The notes beneath the pieces are model-generated. The model was given only the letters and a program-made list of their open reading frames with translations. It was not told the origin of the DNA and did no database searches. From NCBI GenBank assembly GCA_020184695.1, contig JAANOX010000126.1:186001-250000 (forward strand): a stretch of DNA of 64,000 bases. The letters are read 5' to 3'. Made by a program: the position numbers and the translations under genes. Positions within the stretch are counted from its first letter, which is position 1, and every line of letters begins with the position of its first letter. This DNA is from Histomonas meleagridis 2922-C6/04-290x. Its lineage: Eukaryota; Protista; Parabasalia. Of the stretch, positions 33,341 to 44,210 are shown in pieces.

Positions 33341-33700
33341 ATGAATCCAAAAGAGCTGTCCTCTTCTCAGCAGATCATCATGTTGATTTCTGATTTCGGT
33401 GATACTTCAAATTCATGTAATGGAGCTAATTTGAAATTCATACGGAAGTTTGCATTAACGCTGCGAAGAATCTTTAGCTGCTCTTTTGTCTTGGCTTTTT
33501 TGAGCTTTTGTAGTCTGGCTTCTGACCAATTGTACCACTTTTTGAATGAGTATTCAATGTGTGACGGTTGTAAAACCGATCCAGTAAAATTTATGAAATT
33601 CCTTGAAGAAAGTGGAATTCAAAGGATTTTATCAAAAGTTAAAAGCTCGCAGCAAAATCACAAACGTGAAAAACAAGAAGACGCACTAGCTTACGATTAA
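33341..33700 (+). CDS. Hypothetical protein, possibly TAF13/SPT3-type histone fold
   Basis: DFGD near the N-terminus and KTDPVKF resemble TAF13 GFGD...RKDPRKF; weak, by eye. Confidence 0.35.
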   Translation: MNPKELSSSQQIIMLISDFGDTSNSCNGANLKFIRKFALTLRRIFSCSFVLAFLSFCSLASDQLYHFLNEYSMCDGCKTDPVKFMKFLEESGIQRILSKVKSSQQNHKREKQEDALAYD

Positions 33701-33770
33701 ATGCAATTTAATTTATCAACGATACATCAGACTTTTGTGTACATGATTCAATTACTTCGAACACAAAATA

Positions 33771-34580
33771 ATGTTTCAACTTCTTTTCTCTATCTTCTTT
33801 AATTCTTACTTGACACCAAGCGAACTAACAAAACTAAGCTCAAGCGGGGATCAAGTTCCACTTTTTATTTTTGCTTATGCTCCTTGGTGCCCACATTGCA
33901 AAGTGCTTTTCCCATTATGGGATAAACTAAGCGATAAGTACAAAAAAGATGAACACATAAATATTGCAAGATTAAATTGCACAAACGCTGAAGGTTCCGC
34001 TATTTGTGCTAAATTTGGTGTTCGAGGTTATCCATCTTTCTTTACATATGTTGATGGAAAGTCACAAGAACTGAGAATAGGAAGAGATATGAAAAGTTTT
34101 GAAGAAGTTGTCAAGCGTCTTAAAGATTCATATTCTAATGTTGATAATCTCAAGCATATTCTTAACAAAGTTCAATTTCCCTTTTTTGTTTTTAGAATTA
34201 ACAACAAGGACTATGCTGCCATTGAAGTATCTAATATTGCTATACAAAAACTTGGATTAAATACAAATTCCCAAGCATATTTATGGCTCCAAAACAATGA
34301 AGTTCCAAGCCAATTTAGAGCTTATACAAATATAACAACATTTTCCACAATGACTGAACCATTTAATTCCACAAATATTATAAGATTTGTTTCAAAATTT
34401 GGTTTCAATTTACAATTAAATAATGGTACTATTGAATTTAATATAAATGATGAGTTCTCCGTCGATTCTAATAATCCAGCTCTAAAAGTTGGCGCTGTTT
34501 TGGCGATTTTTGTTTCTGTTTCTTTGGTAATATTTTTCGTATATAAACGATTTGTTTTAAGTGTTCCAAAAGAAGATTAG
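33771..34580 (+). CDS. Thioredoxin/PDI-family membrane protein (TMX-like)
   Basis: Leader, WCPHC active site, GVRGYPS, C-terminal TM helix. Confidence 0.9.
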   Translation: MFQLLFSIFFNSYLTPSELTKLSSSGDQVPLFIFAYAPWCPHCKVLFPLWDKLSDKYKKDEHINIARLNCTNAEGSAICAKFGVRGYPSFFTYVDGKSQELRIGRDMKSFEEVVKRLKDSYSNVDNLKHILNKVQFPFFVFRINNKDYAAIEVSNIAIQKLGLNTNSQAYLWLQNNEVPSQFRAYTNITTFSTMTEPFNSTNIIRFVSKFGFNLQLNNGTIEFNINDEFSVDSNNPALKVGAVLAIFVSVSLVIFFVYKRFVLSVPKED

Positions 34581-34718
34581 ATAATAAAACTATAATATTA
34601 ATAAATAATTTGTTTTATTGTTTAATAGTTTTGATTAATTTTTTCATCACTATAATGTTTCATATCTTTTAATGGAATAACAAATGTCAAAAAGAAAATA
34701 TGAAAAAATACATAACAT

Positions 34719-35885
34719 TTACCTTATTAATACTTTCTTATTATTTGAAAATAATTTCCAGAATTGAAGTGGATCTTGATTTGTGACCGTACATATTTGT
34801 TCTTGATCTGGTGACATTGCTGCGTATAGAATTCTATCATGATGCGAATCTATTGTTGCTGCAATTTTCAGTTCTTTTGCATCCCAAATATTCATTCTAA
34901 AATCAGAATATCCTTCTGTTGATACAAGCTCTTCTTCGTTTTGCGAATAAAACAAGTTACAAATTTGTGATCCAACGCAAACAGATTTAATTGTTTGTCC
35001 AGTGTTAAAATTCCAAGAATTGATAGTAAAGTCTTCAATTCCACCTCCTGTTACAATGTTGTCTGTTTTCTTCGACCAGCAAATAGCCTTTACTGTCGAT
35101 TTATGATTTTTATATGTTGTATATGGTTGATCAAGATTTCTTAAGTCCCAAACGGCCGCAATTGAATCTCCTGATCCACTTGCAAACAAATTTGTGTTAC
35201 TCTTTGAAAATAATACTTTACAACAACATAACGAATGAAATTTAAGTTCTTGAACTCCTAAAGAACGAGTATCATTCAATGATATACAACCATTTGCATG
35301 GCCACTGACAACAAGAAAACCATTCTGATCGATTGTTAAAACAGATGTCTTGTTTGTTAAAAATGATTGAATTGGTGATTCTCTTTCAATATCAAATATC
35401 CTGATGGAACCTAATAAAGATCCAAGCGAAAGTTGATTACCATCAGGTGAAAATCGAATAGAAATAGCATCAGAAGAATTACAACGGAATTTTTGTGTTT
35501 TTTCAAATGGTGAATGAACTAAAACTACTTTGGTATCAAGTACAACTCCAACACAATTTTTTTGTGACCAGTCCATTGCATTGTAAAGGAAATCTGTTAA
35601 AGGTGATTTTATTTGAATTTGATTAATTGGCTTTTTTAATATTTGTTTTTTATTTTTAGTTCTGAGTGATGGACTAGGAAAGCAACACATATCTAGCGAT
35701 TTTTTTGAGGAAAAATCATTTCCAAAATAGGAATCTCTTGGTTTGGGAATAACTTTAGTTTCTGATTTTGGATTATTAAATCGCAAAGGTGAAGTAGAAA
35801 AATTTGGTTGATTGGAAGTAGTCATACGATCTTTTTTAGAGCGCGGAGAACGAGGAGATCCGTAGATTTGAAGCTGATAATCCAT
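34719..35885 (-). CDS. Cdc20/Cdh1 (fizzy) family WD40 APC/C activator
   Basis: LTDFLYNAMDWS (cf. DDYYLNLLDWS), WD40 repeats, GSQICNL, C-terminal IR tail. Confidence 0.85.
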   Translation of the reverse strand: MDYQLQIYGSPRSPRSKKDRMTTSNQPNFSTSPLRFNNPKSETKVIPKPRDSYFGNDFSSKKSLDMCCFPSPSLRTKNKKQILKKPINQIQIKSPLTDFLYNAMDWSQKNCVGVVLDTKVVLVHSPFEKTQKFRCNSSDAISIRFSPDGNQLSLGSLLGSIRIFDIERESPIQSFLTNKTSVLTIDQNGFLVVSGHANGCISLNDTRSLGVQELKFHSLCCCKVLFSKSNTNLFASGSGDSIAAVWDLRNLDQPYTTYKNHKSTVKAICWSKKTDNIVTGGGIEDFTINSWNFNTGQTIKSVCVGSQICNLFYSQNEEELVSTEGYSDFRMNIWDAKELKIAATIDSHHDRILYAAMSPDQEQICTVTNQDPLQFWKLFSNNKKVLIR

Positions 35886-35920
35886 TTTACTAAACGTACA
35901 TATCGAGAACGTTAAATAAA

Positions 35921-36460
35921 ATGGAAAATTTTAATGAAATACTTGCGCTTTCAGATAAAACACGCCAAAAGTTAGTTGACGTATCTGATCTAAGCCAGCG
36001 GATGTTACTTTTTGTTGATTATCAAGACCAATTTGTTCAACAATTCTCATATAATGAAGAAATTATACAAAAAAACATTAATGAAATTGATTCAAAAATA
36101 ACAAATATAAATCAAGAAATATTTGAAACAGAGAAAATATTAATGAATCTACAAAGAAATTACTGTAAAAATAATCATTCAGATGAAAAATTGCTTTCCA
36201 ATGTTTTGAAAAGCGTAGCAAAATCTCTTAATGATATGATATTTGATGCACTTGATCACAACACAACAAGAGTTCCAATTTTTTCATTGATTCAACTCGA
36301 AGAAGATATATCAAAAACTATTAAAAACTTATCTATTGAGGGTATTTTTGTTGAAAGTGCTGAAGCATCAAAGACGAGAATAGAGGAACAGCAAATTCAT
36401 ATGAAAAAAGTCATTGAATTTCTTAAATCAACATTATCACCACAGGAAATGGCCAAATAG
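35921..36460 (+). CDS. Hypothetical coiled-coil protein
   Basis: 179 aa ATG-initiated ORF with protein-like composition. Confidence 0.65.
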   Translation: MENFNEILALSDKTRQKLVDVSDLSQRMLLFVDYQDQFVQQFSYNEEIIQKNINEIDSKITNINQEIFETEKILMNLQRNYCKNNHSDEKLLSNVLKSVAKSLNDMIFDALDHNTTRVPIFSLIQLEEDISKTIKNLSIEGIFVESAEASKTRIEEQQIHMKKVIEFLKSTLSPQEMAK

Positions 36461-36690
36461 AATAATCTTTCTTGCAGGAATCAATTTAAAACATACCAGT
36501 TCTTAAATTTTAAGTTATTTCAATGTATAAATTAATTTGCTAATTTTTAATATTTCAATAAACAAAAAATCTTATAAATACTTGATATTGTTTGATATAA
36601 ATTAAGATATTTTGATAAAATAATTGGGAAAGTGAAATTTTTTAATGGATTTCTTGTGGAAATATTAACGTATTTTGAAAAAATTGGTAA

Positions 36691-38958
36691 ATGAATGATA
36701 TTACAAGATTTATGAAACAATTAAATCATGTACTTAAGTGTAGAGGAATAGATCCTTATGATTTATTCGAAGATTATGATTCTTCAAAAAGAGGATTTAT
36801 CTCAATTAATTATTTTCAAAAAGCATTATTATCAATAAGATGTTCGCCTACACAAAATGATTTAGATTCAATTTATAAAAGATATGGTATATTTCCAAGC
36901 GATTTTATTAATTATGTAAAATTTTGTCAAGATATAGATTCTTTTTCTTCAACTCAAACACTTCATAAAACAGTTGATCAACGTGATCTTATTCGATTGA
37001 ATTCATCCTTGTCAATACAAGGTGTTGATCTTTATGATATTCTCCAAAAATATGATAAAACCCACAAAGGAATTGTCACATTTTCACAATTTGTTAATTC
37101 TTTTCAAGGCTCCAATGAAGCCATCAAAATTGCAAAGTCATATGTTGATAATGCAACACAAGAAATCAATTATCATGAAATCCAAAACGATCTAAATAAA
37201 TTAGGAAAAACCACATTTCAGAAGAAGACAAACAGCCTTCCAATCATTTTTACAGAATTTGCGAAATCTATCAAAACACGTCGAATCAATTATTTTGATT
37301 CATTTTTAACTGCTGACAAATTTAAATGCGGATATTTACCACGCGGAATGTTTTTATCCATTTTATCATCATTTAATCTCCCACTTTCTCCTTCTCAACT
37401 TGAATCTTTAGTTATTCCATTTGAGCAAGATGAAAATGTTGATTATAAACTCTTTTGTTCTGAAATCGATAAAGTTAAAATTATTCAACAACCACAAACA
37501 ATTAAACGTGAAACAATTACAAATATAAACGCGCTATTAAAAAATATTCAAGAAATTATATCTTCTCGTCATTTAAATTTTTCGCAACAACTTAATGATA
37601 TCACATCAAAAGATGAATTTTATTTTGTTATGAATTCATTTAATATTCCACTTACTGAATCAGATAAAAAAGCTCTTAATAATCAATTCGAATTACCGAA
37701 TGGTGATTTTGATGTTTTATCTTTTTTAAATATTGTTGATCCAAAGCCAATTAATAATAGTCGAATTATTGATGAAATTATTCTTGATCTTAAAGATCAT
37801 TTAAAAACAGTGCGAATTCCTTTGTCAAGATATTTTATAAACTTTGATAGGGAAAAAAGCGGAACAATTTCAGTCCAACAACTTAACTCTGCACTTCACG
37901 CAATTAAGTTCAATATAACTGTTAATGAACTTCATGAAATTGTTAAACATTTTCAATCAGGTAGATTAATTGATTGGAAATCACTTGTTAAAGAAGTTGA
38001 ATCTCCTTTAGAAACTATATCAACATCATATTCTCCTTCTAAATCTAAAATTAATAACGAAATTAGAGATCAAAAAATGATAATAACACTTCAAAAAATT
38101 TATAATTTAATGAAACAAAAAAACGTTGACTTACGATCAGAATTTGAAAAAATAGATTATCAAAACCTTGGCGTATTAAAGGGTTATGCATTTAGAAGAG
38201 GCTTAGGTATACTTCCTCTTAAACTTGCATCAGAAGAAATTTGTAATTTGATACAATTTTATACAGAATCAAATCAAGACTATGTTCAATACACTTTGTT
38301 TTGTAATGATCTTGAGAAATATGGATACACAGAACCAATTAAGCAACAAAAACCGATACAACAGCAACAACATAAAGAAACAATACTTGAAAAACAACTA
38401 TGTTACGCAATGAAAAAGGTTTACACAGCATTAGTTGGAAAGCAAATGAACGTCTACGAACTTTTTGAGAGATACGATAGGACAAAATCGTATAAGGTTC
38501 CAATTAATGTTGTGTCTTATGCTATTCGTTCTTTAGCTAATTATATAACTCAGGATGATTGTGATATAATTATAAATCGATTTAAAGATGAAAGAAGACC
38601 TGAACTTTTTAATTATAGGAAATTTAATTTGGAAATTTATAAAATAATTCCTACAAATGAAGAAATGATAAAAATTAAAGAATCTTATGTTGAAACAAAT
38701 GTTAATGAAACTAAATCTGTGATTTGTTCTATTAAAGGAAGATTACTCGAAAGACATAAATTGGATGTTTTGTGTAATTTGACTGGAAAAAATGAAATTT
38801 CATTTGATGAGTTTTTGGATTTCTTCGATTACGTTGGAATGGGACTTTCGACAACTGAATACCAAACTGTTTTCCAAAATTATAGAGGTAAAACACTAAA
38901 TACAGTAAACTGGTTAAGATTTACAAATGATTTAAGAAGATTTGATACTCTTTCATGA
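36691..38958 (+). CDS. Multi-EF-hand protein (EFCAB6-like architecture)
   Basis: Repeated YDxxxxGxI / DxExxGxI loops followed by V/IxYxxF segments. Confidence 0.75.
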   Translation: MNDITRFMKQLNHVLKCRGIDPYDLFEDYDSSKRGFISINYFQKALLSIRCSPTQNDLDSIYKRYGIFPSDFINYVKFCQDIDSFSSTQTLHKTVDQRDLIRLNSSLSIQGVDLYDILQKYDKTHKGIVTFSQFVNSFQGSNEAIKIAKSYVDNATQEINYHEIQNDLNKLGKTTFQKKTNSLPIIFTEFAKSIKTRRINYFDSFLTADKFKCGYLPRGMFLSILSSFNLPLSPSQLESLVIPFEQDENVDYKLFCSEIDKVKIIQQPQTIKRETITNINALLKNIQEIISSRHLNFSQQLNDITSKDEFYFVMNSFNIPLTESDKKALNNQFELPNGDFDVLSFLNIVDPKPINNSRIIDEIILDLKDHLKTVRIPLSRYFINFDREKSGTISVQQLNSALHAIKFNITVNELHEIVKHFQSGRLIDWKSLVKEVESPLETISTSYSPSKSKINNEIRDQKMIITLQKIYNLMKQKNVDLRSEFEKIDYQNLGVLKGYAFRRGLGILPLKLASEEICNLIQFYTESNQDYVQYTLFCNDLEKYGYTEPIKQQKPIQQQQHKETILEKQLCYAMKKVYTALVGKQMNVYELFERYDRTKSYKVPINVVSYAIRSLANYITQDDCDIIINRFKDERRPELFNYRKFNLEIYKIIPTNEEMIKIKESYVETNVNETKSVICSIKGRLLERHKLDVLCNLTGKNEISFDEFLDFFDYVGMGLSTTEYQTVFQNYRGKTLNTVNWLRFTNDLRRFDTLS

Positions 38959-39069
38959 ATAAACTTTTATATTTACTTTATTATTTCTTCTGTAATTTGA
39001 TTATTTCAGTTTTATAGTTAAACAAATTAAAATTTACGAATAATTATAACATATACAAAATATTTTTTA

Positions 39070-41727
39070 TTAACATTTATCAAGAAAATCATTATACTTT
39101 TCATGAACAATTTGAAACAAATTCGGATCATCATTTATAATTGACAAAACATTTTGTTTATCTTCCAATGTAATATACATTGCTAAAGACCAATTTTTCC
39201 AATTTCCTTTACGAAACACATTTACAGTTACAACCAAATCTTCTTTACTCATTACTTTATCTTTTACTAAATTCCGAATATTACTCACAACAACATCGAG
39301 TTTAAATTTGGAATCAACATTCACAAATTTTTCCAAAAACTTATATACATTTGTTTTCGATGCGACACAAAAAGGACAAAAAAGATTTAATTGGAAGTTA
39401 AACACGTAATCACATAAACAAAACTCAATTAAATTATTCAATCGAATCTTTAACTCACAATAATCATTATACTTAAGTAACATCCCAGAACAATCCACAG
39501 TGTCCTTATCTTTCATCTCAGATGGGCCAATTAATGGATCCAAAAACCTAAACAAAGACTCAATCGTTTCGATGTCATTATGCATTTTCTTTAAGATATA
39601 AAAAGATGCTGGAAATGCAATGTTTGGACCTTCTTCTTCCATAATTACTGGTAAAAGTATCGACGAATATTGCAAATCTTTGTTATTTGTTGTTGTCGAT
39701 TTTTCTTTAAAGATCGGAATTCCACTTTTGTTTTGTTCGATTTTTAACCCTAAGAAATTAATAAAGATTTTGGACGGCAGCCCAATCATTTGAAATACTT
39801 CTTGTCTTTCTGGTGACTCAACTGAGCGTAAAGCATTCGTAATACAATATTTGAAAATTTCTGGAAAATACGATAAAAAAGTGACACAATTTTTACCCAT
39901 TTTTTCCCTTAACGCAAAAACTGAAATTTGACGAATTAAATTCGGGAAAAATTTGGTGTTTCGCATTGGAAGAACTGTCTTTGCTGCTAGGTCAGGATTC
40001 TGTAACTCAGAAACTATTGATAAGTCAAAGAAATAATTAACATTAATTTTTTTGTTGTTTTGTTGATATGATAAAATTGAAGAACAACTTGGAATTATAC
40101 CAATAACATAATCAGTTGTTTCAGAATATGAAAAAAGTTTGAAGTTTTTTAATGAACAAAGTTTAACTTTTGTTCCTTTTATTACAAATATCAAATCGAA
40201 ATTCGGATCAAAGAAAAAATCCGAAACGTTATTAGTTATCAATATAGTATCCTTGTCCTTTTCTTTATAATTTATTAGTTCCAATTTTCGTGATTCATAA
40301 AAAACTAATAATTGATTTGTTTGTGAATGTATTATACAACGAATAATTTTTTCATGAATTGGGATTTTAACTATTGGCTCATTTATCTTACAAACCAATA
40401 TATAATCCGTAAATATAAAGCCACAACTATATGAATCAGAAAATAGATTAATTGGAACATTTGGAATTTGATGTTTTGGTGAACATGTAAAATCGTTAAC
40501 GTTAACGAAATAAAAAGAATCGTGTTCAACAACACAAAGATTATCACCACAAAACGTAATATAACTTATGTTTCTACTTATTTCTGGCGTGAGAATGTTT
40601 GATGAGTTTCGATCAATAAATAATACTCTATCGTCTGTCAAAACCGCTAAAAATTTTTCATTTTCATCTGCAACAACTGAATGAACGTGAGAACTTGTGA
40701 TTTCATGCTTGATTCGAATTGGCCCTTCTTTTGTCATTCGAAGCTCTAGTATAAAGTTGATCCCATAAAGTAATGGAAATTCTGAATATGATATATGAAT
40801 TAGTGGAAGAAGTACAATTCCAATATCACATGAAACAATAGAAAAAAAATTTGTTGTGATGCCATAATTACAGTTTTTTAGTTCAGAAAAACGAAAAATT
40901 CGTTGGATTTGATGAAAGTAATTCCATACAATAATTTTGCCATCACTGAAAAAAATGAAAAGAGTGTAGGAATCATGCCAAAAAATTGATGAAGAGTTGT
41001 TCATTTTGGTTTTCAGCAATGTAATTTCGTGAGTTTTGAGATTGATTACTTCGCATTGAAAATTAGGTTTTGAAATTGCAACAAAATCTGAATCTGAAAG
41101 TGAAAAAGTTTTGATTGGTTCCTCTGTTAGAAAGTTGGCTTCAATGGATTTAGTGGTATTATTCTGAAAAATTGATGGATTATTTGGAAAAAAATAAGAA
41201 AAGCCATTTGCTGTCATTAAAACACAATGTTGTTGATTGATATTTATTTTTTTAATTGGTTCATCCGCACATTTAAATGTGGATATTGATTCTGAAATTA
41301 CAGAAATTGATCCATTTTCATTACCAGTAATAATCATGTTTTCTATGGATGTAATGCAACAAATAGAAACATTGTTTTCTAATTTTGTTATTGAATCAAA
41401 AAAAAAAATTCCATCATTGATAGAAAAATTAAAGAGAATACCAATTGATAATAAAACAGAAATTTTATTGTTTGGAAGGACTACCATGTCGAGAAAAAAG
41501 CCATTTTGTAAATCTGGGAGTGAAAACTCACTTATTAATTTATAATGGAAATACGATCGATAAAGTGTTATTTTGGTTGGTGAAATTGCAAAAAATGATT
41601 CACTTTCCATTGCTTTATGAAGTGAAAATGTTCCACTTTCTGTTGCATGTGAAAATATGGATGAAAAGTCATCCACATAAACAACAGACATTAAATTAAA
41701 AAAATCATACAGCATTGTTTCGAACAT
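39070..41727 (-). CDS. RIC1-like (Rab6 GEF subunit) beta-propeller plus helical protein
   Basis: Beta-rich N-terminus; CITNALRSVE...IGLPSKIF...DLQYSSILL...ESLFRFL aligns by eye with the RIC1 domain. Confidence 0.55.
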   Translation of the reverse strand: MFETMLYDFFNLMSVVYVDDFSSIFSHATESGTFSLHKAMESESFFAISPTKITLYRSYFHYKLISEFSLPDLQNGFFLDMVVLPNNKISVLLSIGILFNFSINDGIFFFDSITKLENNVSICCITSIENMIITGNENGSISVISESISTFKCADEPIKKININQQHCVLMTANGFSYFFPNNPSIFQNNTTKSIEANFLTEEPIKTFSLSDSDFVAISKPNFQCEVINLKTHEITLLKTKMNNSSSIFWHDSYTLFIFFSDGKIIVWNYFHQIQRIFRFSELKNCNYGITTNFFSIVSCDIGIVLLPLIHISYSEFPLLYGINFILELRMTKEGPIRIKHEITSSHVHSVVADENEKFLAVLTDDRVLFIDRNSSNILTPEISRNISYITFCGDNLCVVEHDSFYFVNVNDFTCSPKHQIPNVPINLFSDSYSCGFIFTDYILVCKINEPIVKIPIHEKIIRCIIHSQTNQLLVFYESRKLELINYKEKDKDTILITNNVSDFFFDPNFDLIFVIKGTKVKLCSLKNFKLFSYSETTDYVIGIIPSCSSILSYQQNNKKINVNYFFDLSIVSELQNPDLAAKTVLPMRNTKFFPNLIRQISVFALREKMGKNCVTFLSYFPEIFKYCITNALRSVESPERQEVFQMIGLPSKIFINFLGLKIEQNKSGIPIFKEKSTTTNNKDLQYSSILLPVIMEEEGPNIAFPASFYILKKMHNDIETIESLFRFLDPLIGPSEMKDKDTVDCSGMLLKYNDYCELKIRLNNLIEFCLCDYVFNFQLNLFCPFCVASKTNVYKFLEKFVNVDSKFKLDVVVSNIRNLVKDKVMSKEDLVVTVNVFRKGNWKNWSLAMYITLEDKQNVLSIINDDPNLFQIVHEKYNDFLDKC

Positions 41728-42205
41728 AAGCCGACTGATATTTGATTACTTTACAGTATAAACATTTCAATTTTTCTTTATGTAAAAAAAGGTTCACCAA
41801 AAAATTATGTTTCACCAAATTCTGTTATAAATTGTACCAAATATTCTTTTTTCTATTATATACATCGATGTAAATATGTATTTCTCTTTGTTGAAATTTA
41901 TGCTTGTTGATTGATTCTTGATCTTACAAAACTTTATTTGCAAACATTATATAATTACACACATGTCGTAATGTTTAAGCAATTTACGTTAGCTATTTGA
42001 ATTTTTTTGTTTCAGATGGTGTTTTTTGGATATATGTAGCTTTAAGCGAGGGATTCGTTCACAATATTCAAAGCAACGATATGTGACACTATTCAATTAT
42101 TGCCTCAAAAATCAGACCCATGTTTTTGTATGCAGAACACCTTGAAACCGTCACTTATCGACTTTTTCAGGAACGACTAATTTAAATAAAAACAAGAGAT
42201 TTTTG

Positions 42206-43885
42206 ATGACAGACGCCCTAATATCAAAAATTGCTAGTGTTCCATCTTACACTCCAAAATATCTAACAACAAAACCAATTAAAATTAGCCAAAAAATAAT
42301 CGATTTTATTAATTCAAGTATGGGCATAACAATCCCTGATACATTTATTCAAAGCTGTAACCGACTCGAACAATTGAGAACATATTTCTCTGCTAAAGAT
42401 GGAATTACTGAAAATGTTTCTGCATTTGCCGAATATAATCATTTACTTCATTCATTAACTAAAGAAATTGATATGCAAGCCGCTGAGATTTCATTTAAGT
42501 GGGAGAAGGGAACAGGTGGAATCGATTTTGAAATATGTTGTATGGGATGTAATATATCCAATCGTCTTCTTTCATCTGCTTCACAAGTTGCTATTAGTGA
42601 ATCATCAACATTAGCATCATTTATAGACAAAGTCACCACAGCTCGCGGTATCATGAACAAAATTTTAGAAATATATGATCCTTCTTATGCACCAACTCTC
42701 AAAGAAGACTTCGTACACAGCATTTCCTCATACATTGATGCGTTTTATGCGCACGCAACTGTATTTGCTATTCTCTTGAAGCCTTCTGTGAAGTATTCGC
42801 TAATTGCAAAAACAGCAAAAGCCGCAAGCGAAAAATACAAAAACTGTTCTCAGATCGCACATTCTATCTTTTTTGATGTTCTTGCCCATATCTGTATGTC
42901 TGAAAACTGTTTCGAGAACTTAGAATATGGGAAAGGAGTTGCATATGGAGCAAAGGCGAGACAATTAATTCCCAGCACATTATCCAGAAAAGACAAGAAA
43001 AGCATTCAGAAGCTTATAGATCCCATTTTGAATTTGTTTAAACCAAAATTTGAGCAATATGAAAGAGATAACGCACAAATATATTTGGACCCAATTCCTA
43101 AAGAACTTGAAGAAATACCTCCCTATTCATCACAATGTCCAGGTAAGTTCAATTGGGATGTTTCATCTCAAGTTTCTCCAATTCAAGATTCAATATCTGG
43201 ATCATCAGCTGAGAAGGTTAACAAAAAGCTCGAATCCATACGAATGCAAGCGAACAAGTGCATATGCGATATCGATTCCTTCCTTATGCATTCCCCGGTG
43301 ACTTTCACCAGTGAAGTGGCAGGACTCACATCACAAATAGCGACCGTTAGGGGTGAAGTTATGCAAATTTATCAATTTATAGAAGGGAAACTTAGGACAA
43401 ATGCGCAACAAATACAAAACAATTATCCAGATGCAAATGAACATTTTGGTACACTTGCATCTTTATTAAATCAAGCAAAAAATGCTGATCATAGCTTTGA
43501 TCAACAAATTAACGTTATAAACGAAGCTACAAAACAATTTCAAAGTGCTCCGCAACAACTTAACAGTGCAAAGAATGAAATCCAAACACTTGTAAATAAT
43601 GCCCAACAAATCTTTAATAATGCAATGATGGCTGTACATAATAATGCGAGCGCCCAAGCCGCTGCATCTGTGTCTGCAAAGGCATGCAGTGATTTGGATG
43701 GTGTAATGTCATCATTAGATCCAATATTTGACTATGTTCATGCACTTTCATGTGACATGCAGCAAGTTGCAACACAACATCAAAATATGGATGATGTGAT
43801 AAATGGGCTGAAAAGAGGAGTAAGGTGCTATAATAGGCTGAAGGAAAATTACTCGAGAATGATCACATTAATTGGATCCGTGTAA
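42206..43885 (+). CDS. BRO1-domain (ALIX-like) ESCRT accessory protein
   Basis: FEICCMGCNI, YSLIAK, EYGKGVA and ERDNAQIYLDPIP BRO1 motifs, followed by a coiled V-like domain. Confidence 0.8.
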   Translation: MTDALISKIASVPSYTPKYLTTKPIKISQKIIDFINSSMGITIPDTFIQSCNRLEQLRTYFSAKDGITENVSAFAEYNHLLHSLTKEIDMQAAEISFKWEKGTGGIDFEICCMGCNISNRLLSSASQVAISESSTLASFIDKVTTARGIMNKILEIYDPSYAPTLKEDFVHSISSYIDAFYAHATVFAILLKPSVKYSLIAKTAKAASEKYKNCSQIAHSIFFDVLAHICMSENCFENLEYGKGVAYGAKARQLIPSTLSRKDKKSIQKLIDPILNLFKPKFEQYERDNAQIYLDPIPKELEEIPPYSSQCPGKFNWDVSSQVSPIQDSISGSSAEKVNKKLESIRMQANKCICDIDSFLMHSPVTFTSEVAGLTSQIATVRGEVMQIYQFIEGKLRTNAQQIQNNYPDANEHFGTLASLLNQAKNADHSFDQQINVINEATKQFQSAPQQLNSAKNEIQTLVNNAQQIFNNAMMAVHNNASAQAAASVSAKACSDLDGVMSSLDPIFDYVHALSCDMQQVATQHQNMDDVINGLKRGVRCYNRLKENYSRMITLIGSV

Positions 43886-44210
43886 TAAATGAACTTTTTA
43901 GTGTATTTTTTTTTAGTGAACATTCTTTGGAAGAATTGTTGAAAGTTTCGATCGAATTTAGATAAATTTAAATATATTGAGATAAAGCTTGAATTTTTAG
44001 ATATTAGGTAAGCAAAGGGATTAATTAATTGTAATTAATTTCCTTGTTGATTTTCGCTGAGAGTTTGAACATATTAATCTAGATGATCATTGACACTTTT
44101 GCATAACTGTTTCCCCTCAAAATTGGATAAAAACCGCCCCCACATCATGACAACCGCCCCCTCGTTCCAATAACCGTCGTTATTCGGTCAATTTGGCGGT
44201 TTGTCAAAAA

